In this document: in pieces, positions 1 through 9,700 of the stretch | How positions within the stretch are numbered: position 1 is the first letter of the stretch | Layout of the letters: every line of letters starts with the position of its first letter | Assembly: GCA_964620795.1 (NCBI GenBank) | Contig: CAZUHX010000003.1 | Span: 1 to 38,856, forward strand | Source of the DNA: an uncultured Chitinophagaceae bacterium | GTDB lineage: Bacteria > Bacteroidota > Bacteroidia > Chitinophagales > LD1 | Length of the DNA: 38,856 nucleotides | Reading direction: 5' to 3' | The notes under the pieces: model-generated | Databases searched by the model: none | Told to the model about the DNA's origin: nothing | What the model saw: only the letters and a program-made list of their open reading frames with translations | Made by a program: the position numbers and the translations under genes

Positions 1-951
1 TTCAGACGCGAAAAGTTTGTGGCCAAAGGCGGGCCCGACGGCGGAGACGGCGGCAGGGGAGGCCATATCATTCTGCGCGGCAACAACCAGCTCTGGACTC
101 TTCTCCATCTCAAATACCGGAAACATGTCATTGCCGGCGACGGCGAGCGCGGAGGCACGGCACAATGCACCGGCAAAGGCGGCGAAGATGTGATTCTTGA
201 AGTGCCTATCGGTACCATTGCCCGCAATGGTGATACCATGGAACAGGAAGCAGAAATCACTCAACATGGTCAAACCATCGTATGGGTTGAAGGCGGGAAA
301 GGCGGCTGGGGAAACGCACGTTTCAAAACAGCCACCAATCAGGCTCCCTCACATGCCCAGCCCGGCCTGCCCGGCAATGAAGCCTGGAAAATACTCGAAC
401 TTAAACTCCTTGCCGATGTAGGTCTTGTGGGCTTTCCCAATGCCGGAAAATCTACGCTCATCTCTGCCCTCTCCAACGCAAGACCGGAGATCGCAGCCTA
501 TCCCTTCACCACCCTTGTTCCCAATCTTGGCCTGGTTCGCTACCGGGGCGATCAGTCATTTGTAATGGCCGATATTCCCGGAATCATTGAAGGCGCTCAT
601 GCAGGTAAAGGACTTGGACTGCGCTTCCTGCGACACATTGAGCGCAATGCCGTTCTCCTTTTTATGGTGCCGGCTACCGCAGAAGACCCCTGGGGAAATT
701 ATAAGATTCTGCTCGATGAGTTGCAGCAATACAATCCCGAACTCATCGGCAAGCCGCGCATTCTCGCCCTCAGCCAGTGCGACATTACCGGCGAAGAACA
801 GACCGAAGAAATCGCTTCAGGCCTGCGCAAAAAACTTAAAAAATCCGGTGTCCCTTTAGTCTGTATCTCTGCGGTCTCGGGCCTCGGACTCGATGCGCTC
901 AAAGATCTGATCTGGCAGCAGCTCAATACAACAGATGAAAAACAGGCTTAA
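1..951 (+). CDS. obg: GTPase Obg/CgtA, 5' end cut by the window edge
   Basis: The frame is open from base 1. FRREKFVAKGGPDGGDGGRGGHIILRG is the glycine-rich Obg fold. It is followed by the G1 motif GFPNAGKST and the G3 motif DIPGIIEGA. Stop TAA at 949-951. Confidence 0.95.
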   Translation, partial: FRREKFVAKGGPDGGDGGRGGHIILRGNNQLWTLLHLKYRKHVIAGDGERGGTAQCTGKGGEDVILEVPIGTIARNGDTMEQEAEITQHGQTIVWVEGGKGGWGNARFKTATNQAPSHAQPGLPGNEAWKILELKLLADVGLVGFPNAGKSTLISALSNARPEIAAYPFTTLVPNLGLVRYRGDQSFVMADIPGIIEGAHAGKGLGLRFLRHIERNAVLLFMVPATAEDPWGNYKILLDELQQYNPELIGKPRILALSQCDITGEEQTEEIASGLRKKLKKSGVPLVCISAVSGLGLDALKDLIWQQLNTTDEKQA

Positions 952-1834
952 TGCCGACAATCTTCTGAGCATGCTCTTCCTCTGCCTGGTCTGGGGCAGC
1001 TCCTATATCCTCATCAAAAAAGCCCTGCTTATCTTCGAAGCCCGCGAAATTGCAGCTCTGCGCATCGGCATCAGTTGCATACTCGTTCTTCCCTTTTTTC
1101 CGGCCGCTTTTCGCAACATCCGGAATCATCAGTGGCCATGGGTCTTTCTCACAGGAATTCTTGGCAGCGCCTTGCCCGCCCTGCTCTTTGCCATCGCTAC
1201 TACCCGCGTAGGAAGTGCCGTCAACGGTGTGCTCAATGCCCTTTCACCTCTGTTTACGCTGCTCAGCGCCATCCTTCTTTTCAAAGAACCTTTCAGGCCG
1301 TCCCGGTTCGCAGGCGTATTGCTCGGACTGGCAGGAGCCGCCTGGCTCATTCTCATCTCTGGAAAGTCCTTCTCATCAGAAACGCCCCTCTATGCTACCC
1401 TTCCGGTACTGGCTACCATCTGTTACGGACTCAGTTCCAATATCGTGCGGCACAAAATCGGGGGCTTGTCGCCATTCCACATCACCACCGCTGCCATGAG
1501 CATGACGGGAATTCCGCTTTTGATCTGGGCGGTTTTGCATGGCACTCCTGCCAAAATCATAAGCTCTGATTTGGCATTGCAAAGCTTCGGCTACATTGCC
1601 ATCCTCAGCATCTTCGGCACCTTTATCGCCTGGTTGGTTTTTTATCGCCTCGTGCAGCGCACCGATGCGCTGTTTGGCATGTCGGTTACCTATCTCATAC
1701 CTGTTGTAGCTATCGCCTGGGGGCTGGCCGACGGCGAATCGTTTCCGGCTCCGGGATATGCCGCACTACTGTTTATCTTATCGGGAGTATGGCTCAGCAG
1801 CGGAATGAATATAAAAAACAAGGATAATAAATAA
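935..1834 (+). CDS. EamA/DMT-superfamily transporter, substrate unknown
   Basis: 299-aa ORF made almost entirely of hydrophobic helices arranged in two halves, the usual EamA look. ATG 935 overlaps the obg stop by 17 nt. Confidence 0.8.
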   Translation: MKNRLNADNLLSMLFLCLVWGSSYILIKKALLIFEAREIAALRIGISCILVLPFFPAAFRNIRNHQWPWVFLTGILGSALPALLFAIATTRVGSAVNGVLNALSPLFTLLSAILLFKEPFRPSRFAGVLLGLAGAAWLILISGKSFSSETPLYATLPVLATICYGLSSNIVRHKIGGLSPFHITTAAMSMTGIPLLIWAVLHGTPAKIISSDLALQSFGYIAILSIFGTFIAWLVFYRLVQRTDALFGMSVTYLIPVVAIAWGLADGESFPAPGYAALLFILSGVWLSSGMNIKNKDNK

Positions 1835-1838
1835 AAAT

Positions 1839-1973
1839 ATTTGGGCGTGTCCCCGGCGCCGAAATAGATGATGCATCATACGGCTGCTGCTGCGCCGGGG
1901 TCGGGCTGTGCAGGGCTTCGCTTCGCTCCGGCCGCTTCGCGTCTGGCCTGCGGCCACCCTTACCATCCCTCAC
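1839..1973 (+). repeat. GC-rich hairpin-forming intergenic repeat, copy A
   Basis: Starts ATTTGGGCG. Has a 9-bp inverted repeat, CCCCGGCGC (1851-1859) with GCGCCGGGG (1892-1900), enclosing the palindrome ATGATGCATCAT (1868-1879). Then come GGGCTGTGCAGGGCT (1903-1917), CTTCGCTCCGGCC (1921-1933) and CCACCCTTACCATCCCTCAC (1954-1973). These modules recur at 34615-34736 (inverted) and 38695-38856. Confidence 0.75.
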
Positions 1974-2189
1974 GCAATCCTTTATCTGTACCTGACGTGC
2001 AAAACCATGTTTCTTTGAACAATACCACGATAGGCAAGAATCTCAATGGTGCATTACAATGGCATCATGAATCTTTACTTCCACGCTGAAGAAACCAATC
2101 AAGACACCGGATACTTAGGGCTGGTTCAACCCGCTCATGCAGCGCACACATAATTAAAATATGGTGTACCCCCGTGCTTCGCTCTTACT

Positions 2190-2570
2190 TTAACCGGCAA
2201 AGGCCACTGCTGAAATCTCTACCCGTGCATCTTTCGGAAGTCTGCTTACTTCAACAGTTTCACGGGCCGGATATGGCGCCTGAAGATAACTTCCGTAAAT
2301 CTCATTCACTTTTACAAAGTCATTCATGTCGCGAAGAAAAATCGTCACCTTCATAATGCGCTCAAATCCGCTTCCACCGGCTTTTAGTACTTCCCCCAGG
2401 TTTTTCATAACCTGATGTGTTTCGGCACCAATATCCTGCTGAACCATGAGGCCTGATTCAGGATTAAGAGCAATTTGTCCGCTTACCCACAGCACATTGC
2501 CGTTGCGGATAGCCTGACTGTAAGGGCCTATCGGGGCAGGTGCAGAAGAGGTTTCAATGGAGTGATTCAT
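2190..2570 (-). CDS. ridA: RidA (YjgF/UK114) family reactive-intermediate deaminase
   Basis: 126 aa. PIGPYSQAI, GNVLWVSGQIAL and ETVEVSRLPKDARVEI are the family signatures. Confidence 0.9.
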   Translation of the reverse strand: MNHSIETSSAPAPIGPYSQAIRNGNVLWVSGQIALNPESGLMVQQDIGAETHQVMKNLGEVLKAGGSGFERIMKVTIFLRDMNDFVKVNEIYGSYLQAPYPARETVEVSRLPKDARVEISAVAFAG

Positions 2571-2677
2571 TATATGAATTTTAATTTTATGTGTTTAACC
2601 TGCGTCATGATTTTGCTCATGGTCTTTGCAAGACTGATGTACAAAACTTAAATTCGCAGAATACACCCTCTAAGAAA

Positions 2678-3364
2678 GTGAAAGTTATTGTATTCGGAGC
2701 AGAAAACAGAATAGCAGAGTTTCGGGCGGCATTTCAAGACAATGCAGCTCTGGAGATCGAGCGGGGGGATGCCGAGCCCGGAGAGGAAGATTTCAGAGAA
2801 TATGATTTGGTCTGTGATCTTAATTTCGACGACGATTCCTCCTCCCTTCCCGACTATGCCCGTTTGAAAGATAAATGGGTGTTGGTTTCGGCAGTGAAAC
2901 AATCACTTGCAGAGGCCGTATATCACCACGGAGTTAAAGTTAATTGCCGTCTTTTGGGTTTTAATGCTTTGTCCGGATTTATGCAAAACAAGATTTGGGA
3001 GCTGAGCTGTCTGAAGCCATGGTATAAAAAGGATGTTCCGGAACTGATGAAGTTGCTGGGCAAAGAGGCGGAGATCGTTGAAGACAGGGTAGGGCTGGTT
3101 ACCCCTCGGGTTGTATGCAGCTTAATCAATGAGGCGGCATGGGCAATGCAAGAAAAAACGGCAGCAGCTTCTGATATGGATTTGGCCATGAAGCTTGGAA
3201 CCAATTATCCGTATGGCCCCCTTGAGTGGGCTGACAGGATCGGACTAACCGATGTGTTTGAAACATTGATGTCATTGTATCATGACACACAAGATGAACG
3301 CTACAAAATTTCCCCCTTATTGAAACGTAAATATCTATTGAACGAAAAGATGCAAGTAAGGTGA
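2678..3364 (+). CDS. 3-hydroxyacyl-CoA dehydrogenase family protein with a conserved C-terminal domain and a degenerate N-terminal domain
   Basis: VGLVTPRVVCSLINEAAWAMQE...DMDLAMKLGTNYPYGPLEWADRIGLD matches the 3HCDH C-terminal domain. The ORF is open from GTG 2591, but GTG 2678 (VKVIVFGAEN) leaves a sensible divergent promoter gap to ridA. The start is uncertain. Confidence 0.65.
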   Translation: MKVIVFGAENRIAEFRAAFQDNAALEIERGDAEPGEEDFREYDLVCDLNFDDDSSSLPDYARLKDKWVLVSAVKQSLAEAVYHHGVKVNCRLLGFNALSGFMQNKIWELSCLKPWYKKDVPELMKLLGKEAEIVEDRVGLVTPRVVCSLINEAAWAMQEKTAAASDMDLAMKLGTNYPYGPLEWADRIGLTDVFETLMSLYHDTQDERYKISPLLKRKYLLNEKMQVR

Positions 3365-4692
3365 ACGAAATCCTCATACTGACCAAAAAGAAAACCAACC
3401 GCTTAGAATTCGCCGCACAAATCCTGTTTAAAACCATTCTTGGGCAGGCTTATCAAATTACGGAAGACGAAAATTTATTTTCATCCTCTTCAGCCAATAA
3501 AATCAGTTACACCGAAGAGTCGCGAGGAGGCCTTCATATTGTTCCCGATCAGATTGTTTTTGAAACAGGCATTAGCGCCCGCGAGATAGACTCACATTAT
3601 GTAGACGGAATAGCCTGTCTTTTTCCTGTTCGTGGCGGCGCTTTACCTTTCGATCCTTTCGCCGCAGCGTTTTATATAAGCTCCCGGTATGAAGAGTACT
3701 TGTCCGGCCGAAAGGATCGTCACCGGCGGTTTAGGCCATCTAAAAGCATCCAGTATAACCTCAATCTTTTGGAAAGGGCGGTAGTGCATGACTATGCACA
3801 CATGCTTGCAGCTGCTTTGGGATTGAAAATCCCGGGCCCGGGTTTCAGGCTATGGAATACTTTCGACATAGACATGGCATGGGCATATAAGCACAAAGGC
3901 TTCCTGCGCAATTTTAGCGGGCTTGTAAAGGAGTTCTTGTCTCTGAAGTTCAAAGCAGTCCGCCATCGCATGTCCGTATTGATGGGCCTGAGGCCGGATC
4001 CCTATGACAACTTTGATTATATGCTCGAGCAGGATGAGCATTTTAAAATCAAGTCAAAGTATTTCGTGCTGCTCGGCGATTATTCCCGGCACAACAAAAA
4101 TCTGGAACATTCTAACCGGCATATGAGGGCGCTTGTTCAGCGACTTTCTGCCGAAAATGATCTGGGTATTCATTTTTCATATCATGTGCATCATGAGGGC
4201 CGGCAAATGGAAGAAGAGATGGGAAGATTGGAGGAAATTACCGGGGCATCCACAGGCGACAATCGTTTTCATTACTTAAGATTTAGTTTACCTGACACCT
4301 TCAACCGCGCCCTGAAGGCAGGTATTTCACGTGATTTTTCCATGGGTCATGCCTCCAGGCCCGGTTTCAGAGCCGGATTGGCGGTGCCTTTTCCTTTTTA
4401 TGACCTGATTTCTGAAAGAATAACCGATCTTGTGCTCGTTCCTTTTATGTGCATGGATTCTACACTTCAGTATTATCTAAAACTGAATCCGGAAAACGCC
4501 CTCGCAGTTTATCGCAAAATGGCCGATGAGGTCGCCCGCGTAAATGGGCTGTGTGTATTCATCTGGCATAATAATTCTCTTTCCGACCAGCACGAATGGA
4601 AAGGCTGGCGCCGGGTATATGAGTCGGTGCTTTCATATTGCAAGTCCCTTGAGCAGCAATTTCCCTCAACCCAGAAGAATTTCCAGGAGTAA
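3361..4692 (+). CDS. conserved hypothetical protein, polysaccharide-deacetylase-like
   Basis: 443-aa ORF with a 4-nt overlap on the upstream stop. RFHYLRFSLPDTF...FSMGHASRPGFRAGLAVPFPFYDL resembles the Bacteroidota deacetylase-like family. The call rests on recall only. Confidence 0.5.
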   Translation: MNEILILTKKKTNRLEFAAQILFKTILGQAYQITEDENLFSSSSANKISYTEESRGGLHIVPDQIVFETGISAREIDSHYVDGIACLFPVRGGALPFDPFAAAFYISSRYEEYLSGRKDRHRRFRPSKSIQYNLNLLERAVVHDYAHMLAAALGLKIPGPGFRLWNTFDIDMAWAYKHKGFLRNFSGLVKEFLSLKFKAVRHRMSVLMGLRPDPYDNFDYMLEQDEHFKIKSKYFVLLGDYSRHNKNLEHSNRHMRALVQRLSAENDLGIHFSYHVHHEGRQMEEEMGRLEEITGASTGDNRFHYLRFSLPDTFNRALKAGISRDFSMGHASRPGFRAGLAVPFPFYDLISERITDLVLVPFMCMDSTLQYYLKLNPENALAVYRKMADEVARVNGLCVFIWHNNSLSDQHEWKGWRRVYESVLSYCKSLEQQFPSTQKNFQE

Positions 4693-5530
4693 GCTGGATA
4701 TACAGGCCTGGAACAGACTGGCCGGGAGGGCAGATGTGCCATACAGCCTGAGCAGATATCTTGACGCATGTGCAACCCGCTGGGATGCATTGGTTTGGGG
4801 AGATTATGAGTTTGGTGTTGCAATTCCCTGGTTTCGCCGATGGGGTATTATTCCAATGGGCTATACACCTCCCTTTTTGCCGCGGCTCGACTGGCTGGGA
4901 TCAGAGCGTGTGCCCTTAGAATGGCAACAGCCCATGCGCGAATATCTTTGCGGTCTTTTTGGCCGGTCTGATTGGGTTCTTGCAGGCTTTTCGCAAGCGC
5001 AGGGACTCATCAGTAAACCCAATTATATTTTGCAACTGAATTCGCCCTATCACAATCTCAGTTTAAAATATTCTGAAGGGCACAGAAGAATACTCAAGAA
5101 AGCCGCTCTGTCCGGCCTTTGCGTATACAGGGACGGCATAAATCAGACAGAATTCCTTGATTTTCATCAAAAGTGGAATGGAAAAAAATCAGGAGCAGAA
5201 GCGGTAAGGAGATTGCCGGCTCTTATTGATTTTGTTTTAGGGGAAAACAAGGGAGAGCTACGTGTGGTCCGGGATACAAAAGGAACCCTGCTTGCAGCAG
5301 CTCTGTTCTTACGGTTCGGAAGCCGTATTATCAATCTTGTGCCCGTCACAGCTGAAGCCGGTCGTGGACCAGGAGCCATGCATTTTCTTTTGGATGGACT
5401 GATAAGAGAAGCTTCAGATTCTACACTGATCCTTGATTTTGAGGGCTCTGTAATACCGGGAGTGGCCCGCTTTTATGCCGGATTCGGCGCCGGAACAGAG
5501 TTTTTTTACAGACTGTCTTGCAACCCTTGA
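4649..5530 (+). CDS. FemAB-like GNAT family acetyltransferase (BioF2-like domain)
   Basis: The N-terminal pattern (D.QAWNRL....PYSLSRYLDA) and overall layout resemble Acetyltransf_6/FemAB-like proteins. The start is unresolved. Candidates are ATG 4619 (74-nt overlap), TTG 4649 (44-nt overlap) and GTG 4736, which would delete the conserved N-terminus. Confidence 0.55.
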   Translation: MSSNFPQPRRISRSKLDIQAWNRLAGRADVPYSLSRYLDACATRWDALVWGDYEFGVAIPWFRRWGIIPMGYTPPFLPRLDWLGSERVPLEWQQPMREYLCGLFGRSDWVLAGFSQAQGLISKPNYILQLNSPYHNLSLKYSEGHRRILKKAALSGLCVYRDGINQTEFLDFHQKWNGKKSGAEAVRRLPALIDFVLGENKGELRVVRDTKGTLLAAALFLRFGSRIINLVPVTAEAGRGPGAMHFLLDGLIREASDSTLILDFEGSVIPGVARFYAGFGAGTEFFYRLSCNP

Positions 5531-5635
5531 ACTATGGACGCCTTCTTTGTTACCGTAATGTGAGTCCTTGCATACCGATATTTTTTTACTATTTTTAACC
5601 GCTTGAGCTATTATTGTATCAACAACCAATTCAGT

Positions 5636-6670
5636 ATGGGATTGAAAAAGGTTTACTCCTTGGTTTTGTCGCTGGCATCTGCAGCTTCCTTGATTGCGCA
5701 GGATGTTCACTTCTCGCAATACACTGCTGCACCCATTGCGCTTAATCCGGCTATGACAGCCAACATCAACGGTGTTTTCAGGCTTTCTACCAGCTATCGG
5801 AATCAGTGGTTTCAGATTCCAACTTTAAATGCAGTCTCTCCTTATCAGACCTATCAGGCATCTTTCGACATGCCTATTCTTCGTGACCGTCTGGGAGATG
5901 ATGCTTTTGGTTTTGGCGCCATCTTTATAGGCGACCGCGCCGGTGACGGAGCTCTGCAAACCAATACAGGCCTGATTTCAGTGGCTTACCATAAGGCTGT
6001 TGACCGTTACGGCCGTTCAAGAATTTCACTGGGTCTTCAGGGAGGAATAGTGAACAAGCGGATCAACATCAATAATCTTGTGTTTGAAAGTCAGCTGGAC
6101 AACTTCGGCTGGAACCGCAATCTGTTCAATGGAGAAACTACTTTCAATAATCAGTCAATCCTATATCCGGACTTCAACATTGGAACCATGTGGTCTTCAG
6201 CACCTCTGGATTTCCTGCGTTATTATTTCGGATTTTCACTCTTTCATGTAGCTAAGCCTAAAGAGTCATTCCTAAGCAATGAGAAGAACAGGCTGAATCA
6301 CCGCTATGTGGCGCATGGCGGTGCTGAAATTTTTGTGAACCGCGATCAGACGTTCAGTCTTTCACCGTCCTTCCTTTTTATGTTGCAGGCCAATGCCCAG
6401 CAATACAATGTAGGTCTTGGACTTAATTACATTCTCAACGATGATGTGCAGATTTTTGGCGGTGGATATTACCGCGTGAAAGATGCTTTCATCGCAGCAG
6501 CCGGAGTAGAGTTTTACGACACCCGTCTGGGTCTGAGTTATGACGTCAATCTTTCTAACCTGAAAGCGGCCTCAAGGGCGCAGGGAGCCATCGAGGTTTC
6601 TTTGCAGTATATCTTCCGCAAAGAAGATCCGGGTCCCATTCAGTACGAAAAGTTTTGCCCCAATTTCTAA
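5636..6670 (+). CDS. PorP/SprF family type IX secretion system membrane protein
   Basis: Signal peptide followed by AQDVHFSQYTAAPIALNPAMTA, the family-defining N-terminus. Beta-rich sequence ending in an aromatic residue. ATG 5636 is preferred over TTG 5603. Confidence 0.88.
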   Translation: MGLKKVYSLVLSLASAASLIAQDVHFSQYTAAPIALNPAMTANINGVFRLSTSYRNQWFQIPTLNAVSPYQTYQASFDMPILRDRLGDDAFGFGAIFIGDRAGDGALQTNTGLISVAYHKAVDRYGRSRISLGLQGGIVNKRININNLVFESQLDNFGWNRNLFNGETTFNNQSILYPDFNIGTMWSSAPLDFLRYYFGFSLFHVAKPKESFLSNEKNRLNHRYVAHGGAEIFVNRDQTFSLSPSFLFMLQANAQQYNVGLGLNYILNDDVQIFGGGYYRVKDAFIAAAGVEFYDTRLGLSYDVNLSNLKAASRAQGAIEVSLQYIFRKEDPGPIQYEKFCPNF

Positions 6671-6732
6671 AAGCCTTACAACCTCAAGGCTTATTGAAGT
6701 CGTCTTACGAATAGTTTTAATCTTTTATACAC

Positions 6733-9700
6733 ATGAAGTTAAAGTCGCTGGGAGTTTTATTTGCTCTGTTGTTTTCCCAAAATTTTCTCAGGGCACAGTG
6801 TGCAGGCCAGTCAACTTACACCGTATCTCCTTTGCCATCAGCCAATGGTACCTATCCGCCGAATACCACGGTAACGGTTTGTTTTACCATGGTTGGATAC
6901 ACTCAGACCAACGCCAACTGGGTTGACGGTTTTGAGGTACAGTTAGGACCGGGCTGGGTGGTGTCTTCTTTAACACCAACAGTCCCTCCTGCAACTCAGG
7001 GAGGTGGAGCAGGGCAGTGGCTTTGGCGCACAACAGTTGTTGGTTCTAACACGGGAAACACCAATGGTCCGGGCTTTTTCTTCGACCTCAATAATGATGG
7101 CAATCCGGGAAATGATTTCGGAGACAATTCATCAACCGGAACCTGGACATTCTGTTTCACTGTGCAAACCGGAACTACCCCGGGCGCTACCCTCAGCATT
7201 GGGATTGATGTGCTCTCAGACAGCGAAATCGGCTCATGGTCTACTACCAACCTTTGTGGAGGCCCTCCTGTGATTGCTGTGCCATCATCCACAACAATTG
7301 CTGCTGCACCTTGTAGTGTAACGGCAGGCTACACGGGAAGCCGTTGCCAGGGAGCAAGCGGCACACTCAACACCAGTACTTTTGCCGGCGCAACCACCTA
7401 CAGCTGGAGCGGTCCGAATGCTTTCAGTAGCACTCAGCAAAACCCCTCTCTCGGCCCTCTTGCCGCCGCCAGCTCAGGTACTTACAATGTTACCGTTAGC
7501 TCAGGTACCTGCACCGCCACTTCAAGCGTTGTTGTGAATGTCGTTAGCCCTGCTCAGATTACCATGACTGCCGGGAATGTTACATGCTTTGGCCTAACCA
7601 ATGGATCTGTGGCTGCAGCCGTTGTCCCTGCGCGTCCTTATACCTACGCCTGGTCTGGAACAACTCAAACAACAGCTACGATCAGCAATCTTGCAGCAGG
7701 TGTTTACAATCTTACAGTTACCGATACCAGCGGATGCACCGCCACAGCCTCGGCCACAGTAGTTCAACCCGCCGCAGCACTTAACGCTCAGGCAGGAAAT
7801 GATACAGTGATTGTAAATGGAGGAATTGCGCAAATCGGAGGCTCTCCCACGGCCTCAGGGGGCACAGGACCTTATACCTACAGCTGGACTCCTGCAGCAA
7901 GTGTGACCAATGCGACAGCTGCGAATACTTCTGCCAGCCCGGCTTTTACTACGAATTATGTAGTTTGTGTTACCGATTCAAACTCTTGTACCGACTGCGA
8001 CACTGCCCGGGTTCGTGTGATTTTTGGCCCTTTGGCTGAAGCATTTGTACTTAATCAGGGGGGGATCATTACCTTCCCCGACAGCATCCGACTTTGTCCC
8101 GGAAGTTCACTTACCCTTGGCGGTAGTCCGACCGGAAGTCTGGGCACTCCACCCTACCGTTATTTGTGGACTCCCTCAACAGGTCTCAGCAGTGATACGG
8201 TTCCCAATCCGGTTCTTACCAATGCCACGAGCAGTGCCAATTATGTAGTCACCGTCACCGATTCTGCCGGATTGATCGGAAGAGATACGATTCGTGTAAT
8301 CGTTCCCGCGGCACTCAGTCTTTCTGTAATCAATACGCCTGTAAGTTGTTTTGGCCTGAGCACCGGAGCATTGGATCTGACGGTTTCAGGCGGTTTTACA
8401 CCTTTCAGCTATTCATGGAATACAGGCTCTGTGAATCAAGACTTGAGCGGACTGCCCTTGGGCAACTATTCTGTTACTGTTACCGATGCTAACCAATGCA
8501 GTACAAGCGGCAGTTACACTATTTCCCAGCCTGTTGCGCCACTGGCTGTGGGCCCCGGCAACATTACTGCAGTCTCCTGTTTTGGAGGCAGTGATGGAGC
8601 AGTATCGGTTAACCCTAACGGAGGCACTTCGCCATACAGCTATGTCTGGAGCAACTCTCAGTTTAATTCGGGAATAGTGAATGTGGTTGCAGGCACTTAT
8701 CGCGTTACGGTGAGCGACAACCGCGGTTGCCGCGATTCTGCTCAGTTTACCATTACTCAGCCGGCTACTGCAGTGCAAGTAGATTCAGTGACTTCAAGAC
8801 CAGTGCGTTGTTTCGGTCAGGCTGATGGTTCTTTGGCTGTGTTTGCTTCAGGCGGCAGCCCCACATATACTTATTTATGGAGCAATAACGCTACAACATC
8901 TGCGGTTAGCTCACAGCCGGCCGGTTCGTATGCTGTGACTGTAACCGACAGAAACGGATGCACAGCTTCAGGGAACACATTAATTACACAGCCTGCATTG
9001 GCTGTTGGATTTAATCCCCCTGTAATTACAGATGCCCGCTGTTTTGGCGCTTCAGACGGTGCGATTACTGTTTCCGGCAACGGAGGTGTTGCTCCATATA
9101 CTTATTTGTGGTTCAACGGAAATACTTCTACTACTGTAAATGGTCTTGCTGCAGGGAACTATTCTGTTACAGTAACAGATGCCAATCTATGCACTGCGAC
9201 TGCAACTTACACCATCAATGCTCCTGTTAGCCTTGTGCTCAGCCCTGTGGTTACGGATTTGCTTTGCTATGGTGCATCAACCGGCAGTATAGATGCCAAT
9301 CCTTCAGGAGCGACCTCTCCTTATCAGTTTATCTGGAGCGACGGACAAACCTCACAAACTGCGATTAATCTTGTGCAGGGCACCTACAGCCTTACCGCTA
9401 CCGATGCCAATGGTTGTACGGCCTCGGCTTCAGCTACTTTGAATCAGCCGGATAGTTTGAGTATAAGTGCTACCGCCACCCGCGTTGCCTGTTTGGGAAT
9501 TTCAGACGGAACAATCAGCATTACGGCCTCCGGTGGTAATTTACCTTACATATACAGAATAGTACCTTTGGGAGGAGCCACTCAGTCTCAATCAACCAGT
9601 AGCTTTACCGGTTTGTCTGCAGGGCAGTATACTTACTCCTTTATTGATGCCAATAATTGCAGCCGTCAGGCTCAGATTATTGTGCCTGAGGCCTTGGCAG

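Noticed and set aside
1868-2089. ORFs crossing the GC-rich repeats: 73 aa at 1868-2089, 129 aa at 24195-24584, 62 aa at 24266-24454 and 81 aa at 34554-34799.
   Set aside because: Their open frames coincide with the GC-rich repeat blocks, where stop codons are rare by composition. The translations are Ala/Pro/Arg/Gly-rich. The repeat copies are in different orientations and frames, so no conserved peptide is encoded.
2123-2131. GGTTCAACC, which looks like a tRNA T-loop.
   Set aside because: The flanking bases do not form a T-stem (GGGCT versus CCGCT are not complementary). No acceptor, D or anticodon arms can be drawn around it.
2046-2153. A 35-aa ORF (MVHYNGIMNLYFHAEETNQDTGYLGLVQPAHAAHT) in the long EamA-ridA spacer.
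   Set aside because: It has no signal or TM segment, no recognisable motif and no supporting promoter box that I could see. It cannot be distinguished from chance without comparative data.
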